DNA from: an uncultured delta proteobacterium | GTDB lineage: Bacteria; Desulfobacterota; Binatia; UBA9968 | NCBI GenBank assembly: GCA_963727625.1 | Contig: CAVSHR010000002.1 | Location: forward strand, 160,001-224,000 | Length of the DNA stretch: 64,000 nucleotides | Direction of reading: 5' to 3' | In this document: one piece after another, positions 40,564 through 50,497 of the stretch | Position numbering within the stretch: position 1 is the stretch's first letter | Layout of the letters: every line of letters begins with the position of its first letter | The notes under the pieces: model-generated | Seen by the model: only the letters and a program-made list of their open reading frames with translations | Databases searched by the model: none | Told to the model about the DNA's origin: nothing | Program-made: the position numbers and the translations under genes

Positions 40564-40690
40564 GATTTAACCTCCGGCGTTCTCCTAGCATTTATTCCGT
40601 GCTGATTCTCCGATGCATGAAGCCCATACTTTCTCATTGACCCAAGGTAACACGTTTTTCGAAACGAGGGTATTGTCAACAGCATTGTGG

Positions 40691-40796
40691 GCTCAACGCA
40701 ATGGGTCAAATAGCCGTCGTGGCACTTCCCAACCGTTGATAAATTTCCGTCGCTAAAATCTCGCATCGCGGTCTGCTCGAACCGCGCTTGATGGCG
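40691..40796 (-). mobile_element. Degenerate attC-like site
   Basis: Minus strand CGCCATC-aagcgcgg-ttcgagcagaccg ... cggctatttgaccc-attgc-GTTGAGC, 106 bp, 9 bp after a TGA at 40806. Confidence 0.5.
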
Positions 40797-40945
40797 CTCG
40801 AGCGATCAGGCGTATTTCTTAACTGCATTCTCGATGGCGCCGCCGGCCTTGGCTAGATTGTCCGGTATCATGACCGGATGGAACGCTGGCATTGAACGCG
40901 AGGAACGACGGCTCGGCGATGGCTGTGGATTTGCGAGGCACACCT

Positions 40946-41476
40946 CTATCCTTCGTTGAAGAAAGGATCTCGCAAGGCGGGATTTCTGAGCTTCGCCGCC
41001 GCACCGGCTCCGGTGACCGGGAGGCCGGTCGGGTCGAGGAGGCCAATTTGCACCAACACGTTCGCCTGGTCCCAGATGATGTGCTCGTAGGAAACCTTGT
41101 CGCCCTCTATTCCGACGATCACGACAAAGACCACTTCGACACGCTTGCCGGTAGGCTTGATGCCTGGGAGCATCCAATCGATCTTGGTGGTGTGGGTAAA
41201 GGAAATGATGAGCTCATCGACAAGCCGCTCGTTGCTGTAGGTCCGCGAGATCGACTCGAACTTTACGTCGGGCGGAAAAAACTGGCCGATCAACCGTTTC
41301 GCGTAAAACGTTCGGACGCCCTCCGGGCCCTGACCTCCCACCATCGTCGGCACGTTCACGAGATGCGGATTGGGTGCCATCGTCGCCAACGTCTTGTCGA
41401 GGTTGCCGGAGAGTTCCGCGTCCATATGAGCTTGGAAGATGGCATCGAGCTTCTGCTGCAGATTGGGATCGGCCAC
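40946..41476 (-). CDS. SnoaL-like/ester cyclase (NTF2-fold) protein
   Basis: H..AE...D.TLATM, VPTM.GG.G...VR.FY, FTHT..IDWMLPG..PTGK, EHI.WDQA; AGGAGG RBS. Confidence 0.88.
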   Translation of the reverse strand: MADPNLQQKLDAIFQAHMDAELSGNLDKTLATMAPNPHLVNVPTMVGGQGPEGVRTFYAKRLIGQFFPPDVKFESISRTYSNERLVDELIISFTHTTKIDWMLPGIKPTGKRVEVVFVVIVGIEGDKVSYEHIIWDQANVLVQIGLLDPTGLPVTGAGAAAKLRNPALRDPFFNEG

Positions 41477-41722
41477 GGCTGGTCCTCCTTTTTGGGTAGT
41501 GTTGCATGAGAGCAGGCTGCCTGCCGCTACGGCGGCAAGGCCAAATATAACCGTTCGTCTAGTGACGTCGTCGATTATTAGCTTCTATGTTACCCGATCA
41601 CCGCATCCGGGTATAGGAAGAAACTCATGCCGAGAGTGCCGCGGTTGACGACCGCGTTTGCGTCGGACGATTTCGACCGGGACTTCTCGTGACCCTCAAC
41701 GGCCAGGACCTTGGAATTGTAT

Positions 41723-41780
41723 GCCCATCGTTCCGGTTCAGAGGCGGCGAAACGCCATCCGCTGCAACCGGTTGTTAGCG
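41723..41780 (-). mobile_element. attC site downstream of the FNT gene
   Basis: Minus strand CGCTAAC-aaccggttgcagcgga-tggcgtttcgccg-cctctgaaccggaac-GATGGGC; 58 bp with an extra G in L''; R' mutated GTT to GAT. Confidence 0.75.
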
Positions 41781-41808
41781 GGTGACTCGGCCGAACCTAA
41801 GTCGTGCT

Positions 41809-42633
41809 TCAGGAGGGCCGATCTTTTCTCATGCGCTCCCCGCGCAAGTAGGCGACCCAATACACGCCGGTGACCAGCAGGGTGCCGCCCACGATGTTGC
41901 CCGCGCTCACCGCTACGATGTTCCTAACGATCCCGATGATAGACACCGCGCCTTGCCCGTCCAGCACGAACCCATAAGGCAGAAAAAACCAGTTGGCGAT
42001 CGAGTGCTCGAAGCCGATGGCCACGAAGGCGGTAATGGGGAAGAGGATTGCCAGAATCTTGTCGCTTACGCTGCGCGCGCCGATCGCGAGCCAAACTGCC
42101 AGGCAGACGAGTGCGTTGCAGAGGATTCCGCGCGTGAAGGCCTCGGCGAGGGAAAGATCGGCCTTGACAAGAGCGATGTGGACCGCCGTCTTACCTACGG
42201 CACCGCCACCCAGACTGGCGACGTCGCTCCACACGACAAGCAGCACCGTTCCCAGGCAACCGAGCACATTGCCAACGTAGGCGAGGAGCCAGTTCCGCAT
42301 GACCTCGCGCGTGCTGATCAGGCCGCTGGCCCAAGCCATTGCGATGAGGTTGTTTCCGGTGAATAGCTCGGCGCCGGCTACGACTACAAGAATCAGTCCG
42401 AGGCAGAAACTCAGACCACCAAGCAATCGCGTCACACCAAAGCCGAGACCGGTCTCTGTAACCACCACCGTGAAAAAGAGGGCGCCGAGCGAAATGAAGG
42501 CACCGGCCAGTACTGCCAGAACGAGCAGCGTGAGGGCATCAGCCTGCGCCTTCGCAACGCCGAGGCGCGCGACCCTTTGAGCAATCTCCCGCGGCGGGTA
42601 CGCGTCACTTAGGTACGGCTCTTTATCTATCAA
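41809..42633 (-). CDS. Formate/nitrite transporter (FNT) family channel
   Basis: LAGAFI, GAELFTGN, GILCNALVCLAVW, FEHSIAN, GNIVGG. Confidence 0.93.
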   Translation of the reverse strand: MIDKEPYLSDAYPPREIAQRVARLGVAKAQADALTLLVLAVLAGAFISLGALFFTVVVTETGLGFGVTRLLGGLSFCLGLILVVVAGAELFTGNNLIAMAWASGLISTREVMRNWLLAYVGNVLGCLGTVLLVVWSDVASLGGGAVGKTAVHIALVKADLSLAEAFTRGILCNALVCLAVWLAIGARSVSDKILAILFPITAFVAIGFEHSIANWFFLPYGFVLDGQGAVSIIGIVRNIVAVSAGNIVGGTLLVTGVYWVAYLRGERMRKDRPS

Positions 42634-42870
42634 GATTGGGCCATCTAACTAAATTGTTTTGATCCGTATAGTCCGATTCAACTTCAATATATTACCGGTT
42701 ATGGCGATATCACCTTGAACGCTTTCACAATCGTAACGAGGGCTTGTAAAGCATTCTTCTTTGGTACGATTCCACAAACGCTGAGAGCTGTTTCTGTATA
42801 TTCTGGCTTGGCAATGAGGATGATAAGTTACGGTGGTCGGTGACCGCGAGAACCTTCATTCTCGTCAATC

Positions 42871-43833
42871 TCACGCAAATGTCGGATTGATAAAGAGTTC
42901 TTGCATCGTCATCTTCCTGCCGATCAGCCCTTGCTCGTGAGAGTACTGCATCAGGGTCTCGACGTTCTTTCGGTTGGCGTCGCCGAGCCCGTAAATCCAT
43001 GGATCGCCGGCGAAGATTTCCTCCTGCTCTTCGAGAAATGAGCGGAACCACGCCAAAGGAACGATTCTCGGGTTTTCCATGCGTTTGTAGGAAATCTTTT
43101 TCGACTCCTCGAAGGCTCGCATCAAACTGGCCGGCACCCAGGGGTGCTTGTCGACGATCTCTTGCTTGATCGCCGTGGTGTGCATGATCGGGAAAATGCC
43201 GGTGCGTTTGAAGTAGGCGATTTCCAGGTCGCGGTAATTGGGAAATAAGCGGCGCACGCGCGGGTCCTTGTTTGTGACGGGCTGGATGACCTCCGGATCG
43301 ATGACGGCGTCAAGTTCCCCGGCGAGCAGCATGTCGACGATGTTCTTGCCCGTGGGAGTTTTTTGAATGCTCAGGCCCGGTGGGGCTTGCCAAGGGATTT
43401 TTTCCTCGAATTCATTGAACCAGTGGATCCGGTTGTGGGGCAGGTCGAACTCATGCTCCAGAATACCGCGAAGCCATAGATTAGAGGTGGCGTGATAACT
43501 GCCGACGCCGACTTTTTTGCCGATGAGGTCAGTGGGTTTGTCGATTCCCTTGGTGGCGTTCACGAAGGCAAAGCCGTGGCGAAAGCGGCGATGGAGAAAC
43601 ACCGGGATGGCAATGAACGGCAGGCCGTTGTCTTTGGCGACCATGTAATTAGACATCGATAGCTCGGCGACGTCGAATTGACGGCTGCGGAGCATGCGCG
43701 CATGGCGCACCTCGGCGGTCATGTCCGTCAAGATCGTCAGCTCGATGCCGTCGGGTTTGACGGTCCCTTCTTTCAACGCGCGAATGCTTTCATAGTCACC
43801 GGCGGCGAGGGTCAATTGTAAATCGGTCTTCAT
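42871..43833 (-). CDS. 4,5-dihydroxyphthalate decarboxylase-like (SBP-fold) protein
   Basis: LTLA.GDY, FDVAELSMS.Y, IPVFLHRRFRH, TGIFPIMH, DPW.YG, YSHEQGL. Confidence 0.8.
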   Translation of the reverse strand: MKTDLQLTLAAGDYESIRALKEGTVKPDGIELTILTDMTAEVRHARMLRSRQFDVAELSMSNYMVAKDNGLPFIAIPVFLHRRFRHGFAFVNATKGIDKPTDLIGKKVGVGSYHATSNLWLRGILEHEFDLPHNRIHWFNEFEEKIPWQAPPGLSIQKTPTGKNIVDMLLAGELDAVIDPEVIQPVTNKDPRVRRLFPNYRDLEIAYFKRTGIFPIMHTTAIKQEIVDKHPWVPASLMRAFEESKKISYKRMENPRIVPLAWFRSFLEEQEEIFAGDPWIYGLGDANRKNVETLMQYSHEQGLIGRKMTMQELFINPTFA

Positions 43834-43922
43834 GCGGCGGTGTCTAACATGCTTTTTTGTCCATACCAATGGTCCGATTGGGGATCGATTGCGCGTTATC
43901 TTTGCCGCCCGCTCGCGATGCG

Positions 43923-45170
43923 TTAAACCTCCTCCATGACCCGCAGCAGATTACCGCCCCACAGTTTTTCGATCTGTTCTTCCGTATAACCGCGCCGGAC
44001 GAGCTCAAGCGTGACGTTGAAGGTTTCGCCGGCGTCGTTCCAGCCTTCGATTCCGCCGCCGCCGTCGAAGTCGGAAGCGATGCCGACGTGGTCGATTCCG
44101 ATCAGCCTTACGGCATGATCGATATGGTCGACAAAATCTCCGAGGTTCGCGGGCGGATCGCCCGGATGCTGCTCGTCGATTTCGGCGCGCCTGGTGTCGT
44201 ACTTCCGGCGTTTGTCTATCGGCAGGGCTTTCAGCGCGGCTTGGAATCGGCCTCGAAGGCCTAGGCGGTTGCCATCGGGGAGATCAAATTCATTGCGTGC
44301 CGCCGCGAGCGCTCCTGCCCGTTCGGGAGAATCCGGTTTCGCGATCTTGAGGAAACCGTCGTAGGCGACGATTTGTATCACGCCGCCGGTACGTTTCAAC
44401 GCTAAAAGTTGCTCGTCGTCAAGATTGCGGCTCACGTCGCAGAGGGCGCGCGCCGCCGAGTGCGACGCGATGATCGGCGCCTTGGAGAGCTCCGCTGTTT
44501 GCATCATTGACTCTTTGGACGCGTGCGAGACATCCACCATGATGCCGAGCCGGTTCATTTCGGCGATCACCTGTTCGCCGAGGGGGGAAAGGCCATTCCA
44601 CTTCCAGCCGTCGCGCTCGCCGGTATGGGAATCGCCGAGCTGGTTGTGGCCGTTGTGCGTCAGCGAAAGATAACGCGCGCCGCGGTCGTAGAACTCTTTG
44701 ACTTTGGCGATATCTTCGCCGAGCGAGTAGCCGTTCTCAACGCCCATGAGTGCGGCTTTCTTGTCTTGCGCATGAATCCGGCGCACGTCGTCGGGGTTTA
44801 GCGCCAACTCGATCCGGTCTGGGGCGATCTCATGAGTGAAGCGATGTATCGCCTCGAATTTTTCGATGGCCAATTTGTAGGCGCGTTCAAAGCCCGTGGG
44901 TTTAAGCGCGTCCGGATTCTGTTTTTCTCGGGTCTGGCCGACGTAAACGACAAAGAACAGCGCGTCCAGCCCGCCGTCGATCATGTTGGGCAGATTGAAT
45001 TGGGTCTCAATACGTTCCGTGTAATTGCGCTCTCCGATTAAGTCGGCTGGCGCGAAATCAATGTGCGAGTCAAGAACGATAATGCGGCCATGAATGTCAC
45101 GGGCCCGCTCGGTCAGTCTGTCTGGCTCCGATGTCGCGCTGTTTCGCTCAGGTGAGTTGTTTTCATTCAT
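43923..45170 (-). CDS. Membrane dipeptidase (M19) family
   Basis: LDSHID, GVENG, LTHNGHN, MVDVSH, IASHS, SDFDGGG, WGGNLLRV. Confidence 0.92.
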   Translation of the reverse strand: MNENNSPERNSATSEPDRLTERARDIHGRIIVLDSHIDFAPADLIGERNYTERIETQFNLPNMIDGGLDALFFVVYVGQTREKQNPDALKPTGFERAYKLAIEKFEAIHRFTHEIAPDRIELALNPDDVRRIHAQDKKAALMGVENGYSLGEDIAKVKEFYDRGARYLSLTHNGHNQLGDSHTGERDGWKWNGLSPLGEQVIAEMNRLGIMVDVSHASKESMMQTAELSKAPIIASHSAARALCDVSRNLDDEQLLALKRTGGVIQIVAYDGFLKIAKPDSPERAGALAAARNEFDLPDGNRLGLRGRFQAALKALPIDKRRKYDTRRAEIDEQHPGDPPANLGDFVDHIDHAVRLIGIDHVGIASDFDGGGGIEGWNDAGETFNVTLELVRRGYTEEQIEKLWGGNLLRVMEEV

Positions 45171-45280
45171 GGGCCACGTCCGCCGGATCTTATCATAGTA
45201 ACGATTTACTTTCTCGGTAGCGCATTTTCCGGTACTGTGTATAAACTTCATATTGGCAACTTCGGAGCGCGCATCTAAAT

Positions 45281-46510
45281 ATGGATCGTAAATGGTGGCT
45301 GGTCATCGCCGGGTGTGTGACTCACGCCGTCAACACCGGTTTCAGCTACTTCGGCATGAGCGCGTTTTTCCCGTCCTTCGAACGGGAATTTGGCTGGAGC
45401 CGAGCGGCGATCTCAGGCGCCTTCTCACTGGCGCGCGCCAAGTCAGGCATCTTGGGACCGCTCGAAGGTTATCTCACCGACCGTGTCGGCGCGCACCGGA
45501 TGCTGTTTATCGGCCTGATCATCTGCTCGTTGGGATTTTTCTCGCTCAGTTTGGTCGACTCGTTGCCGATGCTCTATGCCGTGATCATTTTCGGCATCGT
45601 GATGGGCTCCAGCCTTGGCTACAATATGCCGATCAGCGTGCTGATCGCGAAAGTCTTTCACGAGCGGCGCAGCCTCGCCTTCGGAATTTTTCGCATGGGA
45701 CCGGGCATCTCCGGGCCGCTCGTGCCGCTGGTCGGTTGGATAATTGCCGGGTGGGGGTGGCGCCGCGCCGCGGTGGTTTCTGCGGTGACAATTTTTGCAG
45801 TCGGGCTGCCCATCGCAATTTTTATTAATGCCATCTATCGGCGAGAGGAGCTGGACCGGGTCCGGGCCGACGTTGCCCATGCGACGGCAGCGTCGGCCCG
45901 CCGGCATTCGGAAGACCTGCAGTTCACCCTCGGCGAAGCGCTGCGCCATCGCGTGTTCTGGTACTTTTCCTCGGCGATGGCGTTGCGCCATATGGTCACC
46001 GAAGGAGTGTCAGTTCACTTTGTGATTTTGCTTGTCGACCGCGGCTGGAGCACCGAGGCGGCCAGCAGCCTGCTCGGGCTCTCGGCGTTGATCGGCGCGC
46101 CGGCCCGCATCGGCATGGGGTGGCTGGGCGACCTGTTGGACAAGAGGAGAATAATGATCGGGTTGCTCGTTGCGCTCAGTTTTTCAGTTTTTTTGATGGG
46201 CCAGACCGCCGAGGCCCTGATCTTTACGCCCTGCATGATCATTTACTCCCTCGCGTATGGAGGTCTGGCGTCTTTGCAGGAGCCGATTCGCGCCGATTAC
46301 TTCGGCACCAAGGCGTTTGCGACGATTCAAGGCATGAGCCGGTCGGTGCAGACGGTCGGCACCTTCATCGGGCCGCTCCTCGCCGGTATCCTCTACGATT
46401 TGACGAAGAGTTACGCCATCGCCTTCGGCATTTTTTCCGTCATGAGTCTGGGTGCCGCCGCGATCATGTTTCTGGCAAAGCGACCGAAGGCCCGTACCAC
46501 TTTTCGGTGA
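45281..46510 (+). CDS. MFS transporter
   Basis: About 12 TM segments; GYLTDRVG and GWLGDLLDKR motif A. Confidence 0.9.
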   Translation: MDRKWWLVIAGCVTHAVNTGFSYFGMSAFFPSFEREFGWSRAAISGAFSLARAKSGILGPLEGYLTDRVGAHRMLFIGLIICSLGFFSLSLVDSLPMLYAVIIFGIVMGSSLGYNMPISVLIAKVFHERRSLAFGIFRMGPGISGPLVPLVGWIIAGWGWRRAAVVSAVTIFAVGLPIAIFINAIYRREELDRVRADVAHATAASARRHSEDLQFTLGEALRHRVFWYFSSAMALRHMVTEGVSVHFVILLVDRGWSTEAASSLLGLSALIGAPARIGMGWLGDLLDKRRIMIGLLVALSFSVFLMGQTAEALIFTPCMIIYSLAYGGLASLQEPIRADYFGTKAFATIQGMSRSVQTVGTFIGPLLAGILYDLTKSYAIAFGIFSVMSLGAAAIMFLAKRPKARTTFR

Positions 46511-47012
46511 TCCGTTTGCGAAGAGCGCTTCGAGCGCTTGGGCGTTGCTTGTTTCTGTGTTCACGAGGATGGTAAAAATTTGCCCACCTTGACTGTCAAT
46601 AGGCGCTGGGCTTGCCAATCAGCGCTGTGCTTACGGGGTCCAGCAGCGAAGGAACGCCTGGCGGTTCTTCTCAAAGCTCCTTGCCTGCGCGTCACAGTGA
46701 AACGCGATCGCGTTTGAATTTGATCGCATCCTTTGCAGTGTCAATGCAAAGCTCTTGACCGAACTTATAGAAGGTGGACGATAACCCTGTACGCGATGCT
46801 AATCAGAACCATCCCGCTCCATCGAGCTCTACAAACACGTCGGCGCATGGTTGGCGAGGCTCGATGGGTGGGCGAAGGAGATATGCAGTAGGGGACTTGA
46901 ATTTTCCACCCGAGTCGCGGCATTATCGCCGCTTCGGCGCCCGTGGGTTGTCTAACACCAAGGGATTGGCTTTAGGCTGTGAAGCAACAGGATCAAAAAG
47001 GAGGATAAAGCA

Positions 47013-48056
47013 ATGATTCGTGAATTGAAAAAACGGCTGGTCTTCGCAAGTCTTGCCGGATTGCTCATGGCGCCGGTGCAACTGGCCGGCGCCGCCGCGG
47101 CCAAACTAAATTGCGGGCCGGTTACGAATAAGAGCGACGTGCTGCCGCGCAGTATCGCCATCGGCACGAACCCGGCCGGTACCGGCGCGCACGCGTTGGG
47201 GTCGGGTTTGGCGGCGGTGGCGAGCAAGGCGACTTCGGTGACCGGCAAGGTGCAGCCCTACAACGGTCCAAACGCCTGGATGACTCTGATGGAGAACGGC
47301 GAATTGGAATTCGGCATTATCAATATTTTGGACTCGAAGATGGCGGCGACGGGCACCGGCAATTACAAGAAGGCGTATCCGAGCCTACGCATCGCGATGG
47401 GGGGCGTTTTCCCGTTTGCCGTCGGGCTGGTGGTTAGGGATAAGTCGAACATCAAGCAAGTATCCGATCTCAAGGGCAAGCGCATGGCGTGGGATTTCGG
47501 CGGCCATGCCATCAATCAGACCTGGCAAAGTGCCATGATGGAAATGGGCGGCGTGAAGGGCAGTGACGTCACCCAGGTGCGATTCTCCAATTTGAACCAG
47601 GCCGTCCGGGCGGTGGCCGAAGGCAAGGTTGATTCGTCCATCGTTGCGCTCGGCATCGGTCTGGTCGAAGAAGTAAACGCCATGGAGCCGATTCGCTTCA
47701 TCAATTTGCCGAACACCGAAGCGGCCAACAAAATTCTCAGCCCGTACGGGGCCATGATCGTAAAAGCTCCGAAGGTGACCGGCGTCAAAGGTGAGACCTA
47801 TGTCATTGGCTACCCATTGCAGCTCGCCACCTCGAGCAAAGTCAGCGAGAAAACCGTTTACACAATGGTGAAGGCATGGTGGGAGAACCTGCCGGAACTG
47901 GAGACGCTTCATCCGCTTTTTAAACGGTGGAAGAAAGAGCACCAGGCGCTGACCAATTTCACCGTGCCCTACCATCCCGGTGCCATCAAGTTTTATAAAG
48001 AAGTCGGCGTGTGGACCGCCAAACACGACGCCCGCATGAAAGAAATCTGCCGGTAG
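47013..48056 (+). CDS. TAXI-family TRAP substrate-binding protein
   Basis: IGT.P.G, DLKGKR, PYHPGAIKFYKEVG. Confidence 0.9.
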   Translation: MIRELKKRLVFASLAGLLMAPVQLAGAAAAKLNCGPVTNKSDVLPRSIAIGTNPAGTGAHALGSGLAAVASKATSVTGKVQPYNGPNAWMTLMENGELEFGIINILDSKMAATGTGNYKKAYPSLRIAMGGVFPFAVGLVVRDKSNIKQVSDLKGKRMAWDFGGHAINQTWQSAMMEMGGVKGSDVTQVRFSNLNQAVRAVAEGKVDSSIVALGIGLVEEVNAMEPIRFINLPNTEAANKILSPYGAMIVKAPKVTGVKGETYVIGYPLQLATSSKVSEKTVYTMVKAWWENLPELETLHPLFKRWKKEHQALTNFTVPYHPGAIKFYKEVGVWTAKHDARMKEICR

Positions 48057-48125
48057 CGCGTGAACCGAAAATCGCGCGGAGCCGGGGCGATAGTCCCGGC
48101 TCCCCAGTCCTGAGAGGTTGGGGCC

Positions 48126-50087
48126 TTGGAAATCGATGAAAGCGTACGGTCGCGAGAGCTAACCGGGCTCCTGTTGTGGGCGGCCAACGGCGCTCTCGTA
48201 GCGCTGCCGCTCTTGGGCATCTTCTTTCTCCTCGACCTACCCCAAAGAATCAATTGGCTCGTGTTTAACGAGCAATACATGGGGCTGTTTCTTGCTCTTT
48301 CGCTGTTTGCCACTTTTGTATTGGTGCCGGCTCGCGGCTGGAAAGACCGCGACTTCGTCCCATGGTATGACCAGATTGCGGCTCTAGCGGGGCTCGGTGT
48401 CGGCCTTTATATCTTTTTTCAGTACCCCAAAATTGCCGACACGCTCGGCGAGATCACCACCCAGAGCACGGTTCTCGGCAGCTTGACCGTGCTGTTGCTC
48501 GCGGAGGGTTCCCGCAGACTGATCGGCTGGCCCCTCGTCATTATTGCGATTGCCTTCGTCCTGTACGCTCTGTTCGCCTACATCTTTCCCGGCGATTTCT
48601 ACGGTCGCGGCTGGTCGGTCCCGCGACTCGCTACCTACCTTTATCTCGATGCCAATGGGATCTTCGGCTTACCCCTGCAGGTCGGTTCCGGCATCGTCCT
48701 GGTTTTTATTTTTTTCGGCGAGGCATTGCACGCCGTCGGCGGCGCCGCATTTCTCAGCGATTTCGCGCTTGTCGCCATGGGGCGGTTTCGCGGCGGGCAG
48801 GCCAAGATCGCGATTCTTGCCTCGAGCCTGTTCGGCAACATCAGCGGCAGCGCTGTCGCCAACGTCATGATGGACGGCCCGTTCACGATTCCGATGATGA
48901 AAAAAGCCGGTTATCCGCCGCCGGTCGCCTCGGCCATCGAAGCGGTCGCGTCGACCGGCGGTCAGATCATGCCGCCGGTGATGGGCGCTGCGGCATTTCT
49001 CATTGCGGAGTATCTGGGGATCCCTTACGCGGAGGTGGCGCTCGCCGCCTTGGTGCCGGCGCTGCTCTACTACGTGGCGCTTTTTATCCAGGTGGACCTT
49101 CTGGCGGGGCGCAATGGCATCCATGGTTTGCCCAGGGTGGAGCTGCCGCGGCTTTTGCCGATCATGAAGCGCTCGGCGGGATTCTTGGTACCGCTGGCGG
49201 TTCTGATTGTCTTCATGTTCTTCCTGAACCATCGCCCAGAAGAATCGGGTTTGCTTGCAGCCTTGTCCGCCCTGATCGTCGGATTGTTTACGCCGGGAGT
49301 GAAGGTGGGACCGCGTCAAATTTTGACCATGCTGCTTTCCACGGGGCGCAGCTTGCTCGAAATCGCCGCCATTACTGGGCTGGCGGGCGTCGTCATCGGC
49401 GTGTTGCAACTCTCCGGACTTGGATTCACGCTAACCTATACCTTGCTCAGTTTGGGTCAAAGCAATGCGGTTTTGCTGCTGATCTTGACGGCCTTCGTGA
49501 GCATCGTTCTCGGCATGGGCATGCCGACCACTGCTGTTTACGTTCTATTAGCGGTGCTGGTGGCGCCGGGCTTGGCGAAGTTGGGTATCCTACCCATCGC
49601 GGCTCACATGTTCATCTTCTACTTCGGCATGCTGAGCATGATCACTCCGCCGGTCTGTATCGCCAGTTACGCCGCGGCAACCATCGGTAAAACCGATCCC
49701 ATTCGCACCGGTTGGGAGGCCATGCGGCTATGTGCCATTGCTTACATCATTCCGTTTCTTTTTGTATTCTCGCCAGCCTTGTTGCTCTACGGACGCTGGT
49801 ACGTCGTGGTGCTTTCGGTGGCCACCGCCGTTATCGGGTCGATCTTGCTCGGGATTGGTTTGACGGGGTATCTATTCCGGCGCATCGGCGCCTTCAGGCG
49901 GGCACTTTTTATGATCGCGGCGATCGCTTTGCTGATCCCGGTAATGGGCAAAGGGCATTATGTCGAGCTTACCTGGGGCCTCAACAGCCTTGGATTGATT
50001 CTGGCGATCGGCCTGGTGACAGTCGAGTGGCTGGCGCGCTCGGCACGGGCCAGGGAGCCGGCTGCGGTGGTTTCGGTCCGACGTTAA
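48126..50087 (+). CDS. TRAP transporter fused permease (4TM/12TM)
   Basis: SGSAVANV, IEAVASTGGQIMPPVMGAAAF, LGMGMPTT, ITPPV. Confidence 0.93.
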   Translation: MEIDESVRSRELTGLLLWAANGALVALPLLGIFFLLDLPQRINWLVFNEQYMGLFLALSLFATFVLVPARGWKDRDFVPWYDQIAALAGLGVGLYIFFQYPKIADTLGEITTQSTVLGSLTVLLLAEGSRRLIGWPLVIIAIAFVLYALFAYIFPGDFYGRGWSVPRLATYLYLDANGIFGLPLQVGSGIVLVFIFFGEALHAVGGAAFLSDFALVAMGRFRGGQAKIAILASSLFGNISGSAVANVMMDGPFTIPMMKKAGYPPPVASAIEAVASTGGQIMPPVMGAAAFLIAEYLGIPYAEVALAALVPALLYYVALFIQVDLLAGRNGIHGLPRVELPRLLPIMKRSAGFLVPLAVLIVFMFFLNHRPEESGLLAALSALIVGLFTPGVKVGPRQILTMLLSTGRSLLEIAAITGLAGVVIGVLQLSGLGFTLTYTLLSLGQSNAVLLLILTAFVSIVLGMGMPTTAVYVLLAVLVAPGLAKLGILPIAAHMFIFYFGMLSMITPPVCIASYAAATIGKTDPIRTGWEAMRLCAIAYIIPFLFVFSPALLLYGRWYVVVLSVATAVIGSILLGIGLTGYLFRRIGAFRRALFMIAAIALLIPVMGKGHYVELTWGLNSLGLILAIGLVTVEWLARSARAREPAAVVSVRR

Positions 50088-50332
50088 GCCAACCTGAACA
50101 GCGTCCGATATCGGGCTTGTAGATCTTTTCTCGCTCTTGCTAAAAGCGAGCAAAAGTTTCGCTGGAGCGCACAAAATTTGGCGACCTGGCAGCGCTGCTA
50201 ATAGTAAAATCACTCGAATTCAACAATTTAACCGCGGCAGGAGGTCAACTGGAGGCTGGCGCGCCTTTTGCTTCCCTTGGTTGAAATCGACAGTCAATTG
50301 GAGCTCGATTCACGGCGGAGTTAGGAGGAAGC

Positions 50333-50497
50333 ATGAATTCGGATCTTGTCGCCTACAGTTTGCTCGCCAGCATTTTTATAGTGACCACGCTGCGAATGTT
50401 TATCGAGAAGCCCAGCCGCTTGGTTCAGCGGCCGGTGCGCGTAGTTGAGTGGCTACGGAGGGGTGGAAAGGGAAAGTCTCCGTCAGTCGATTCGTAG
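50333..50497 (+). CDS. Small single-TM protein (54 aa)
   Basis: AGGAGG at 50323-50328; MNSDLVAYSLLASIFIVTTLRMF followed by a basic tail; below the ORF-track cut-off. Confidence 0.45.
   Translation: MNSDLVAYSLLASIFIVTTLRMFIEKPSRLVQRPVRVVEWLRRGGKGKSPSVDS

Noticed and set aside
41545-41583. attC-like GCTAAT...GTTATAT upstream of the SnoaL-like gene
   Set aside because: About 38 bp with no convincing L boxes
46640-46660. glnA glutamine riboswitch-like GAAGGAACGC
   Set aside because: No upstream AUCGUU partner strand or GGAAGUA junction
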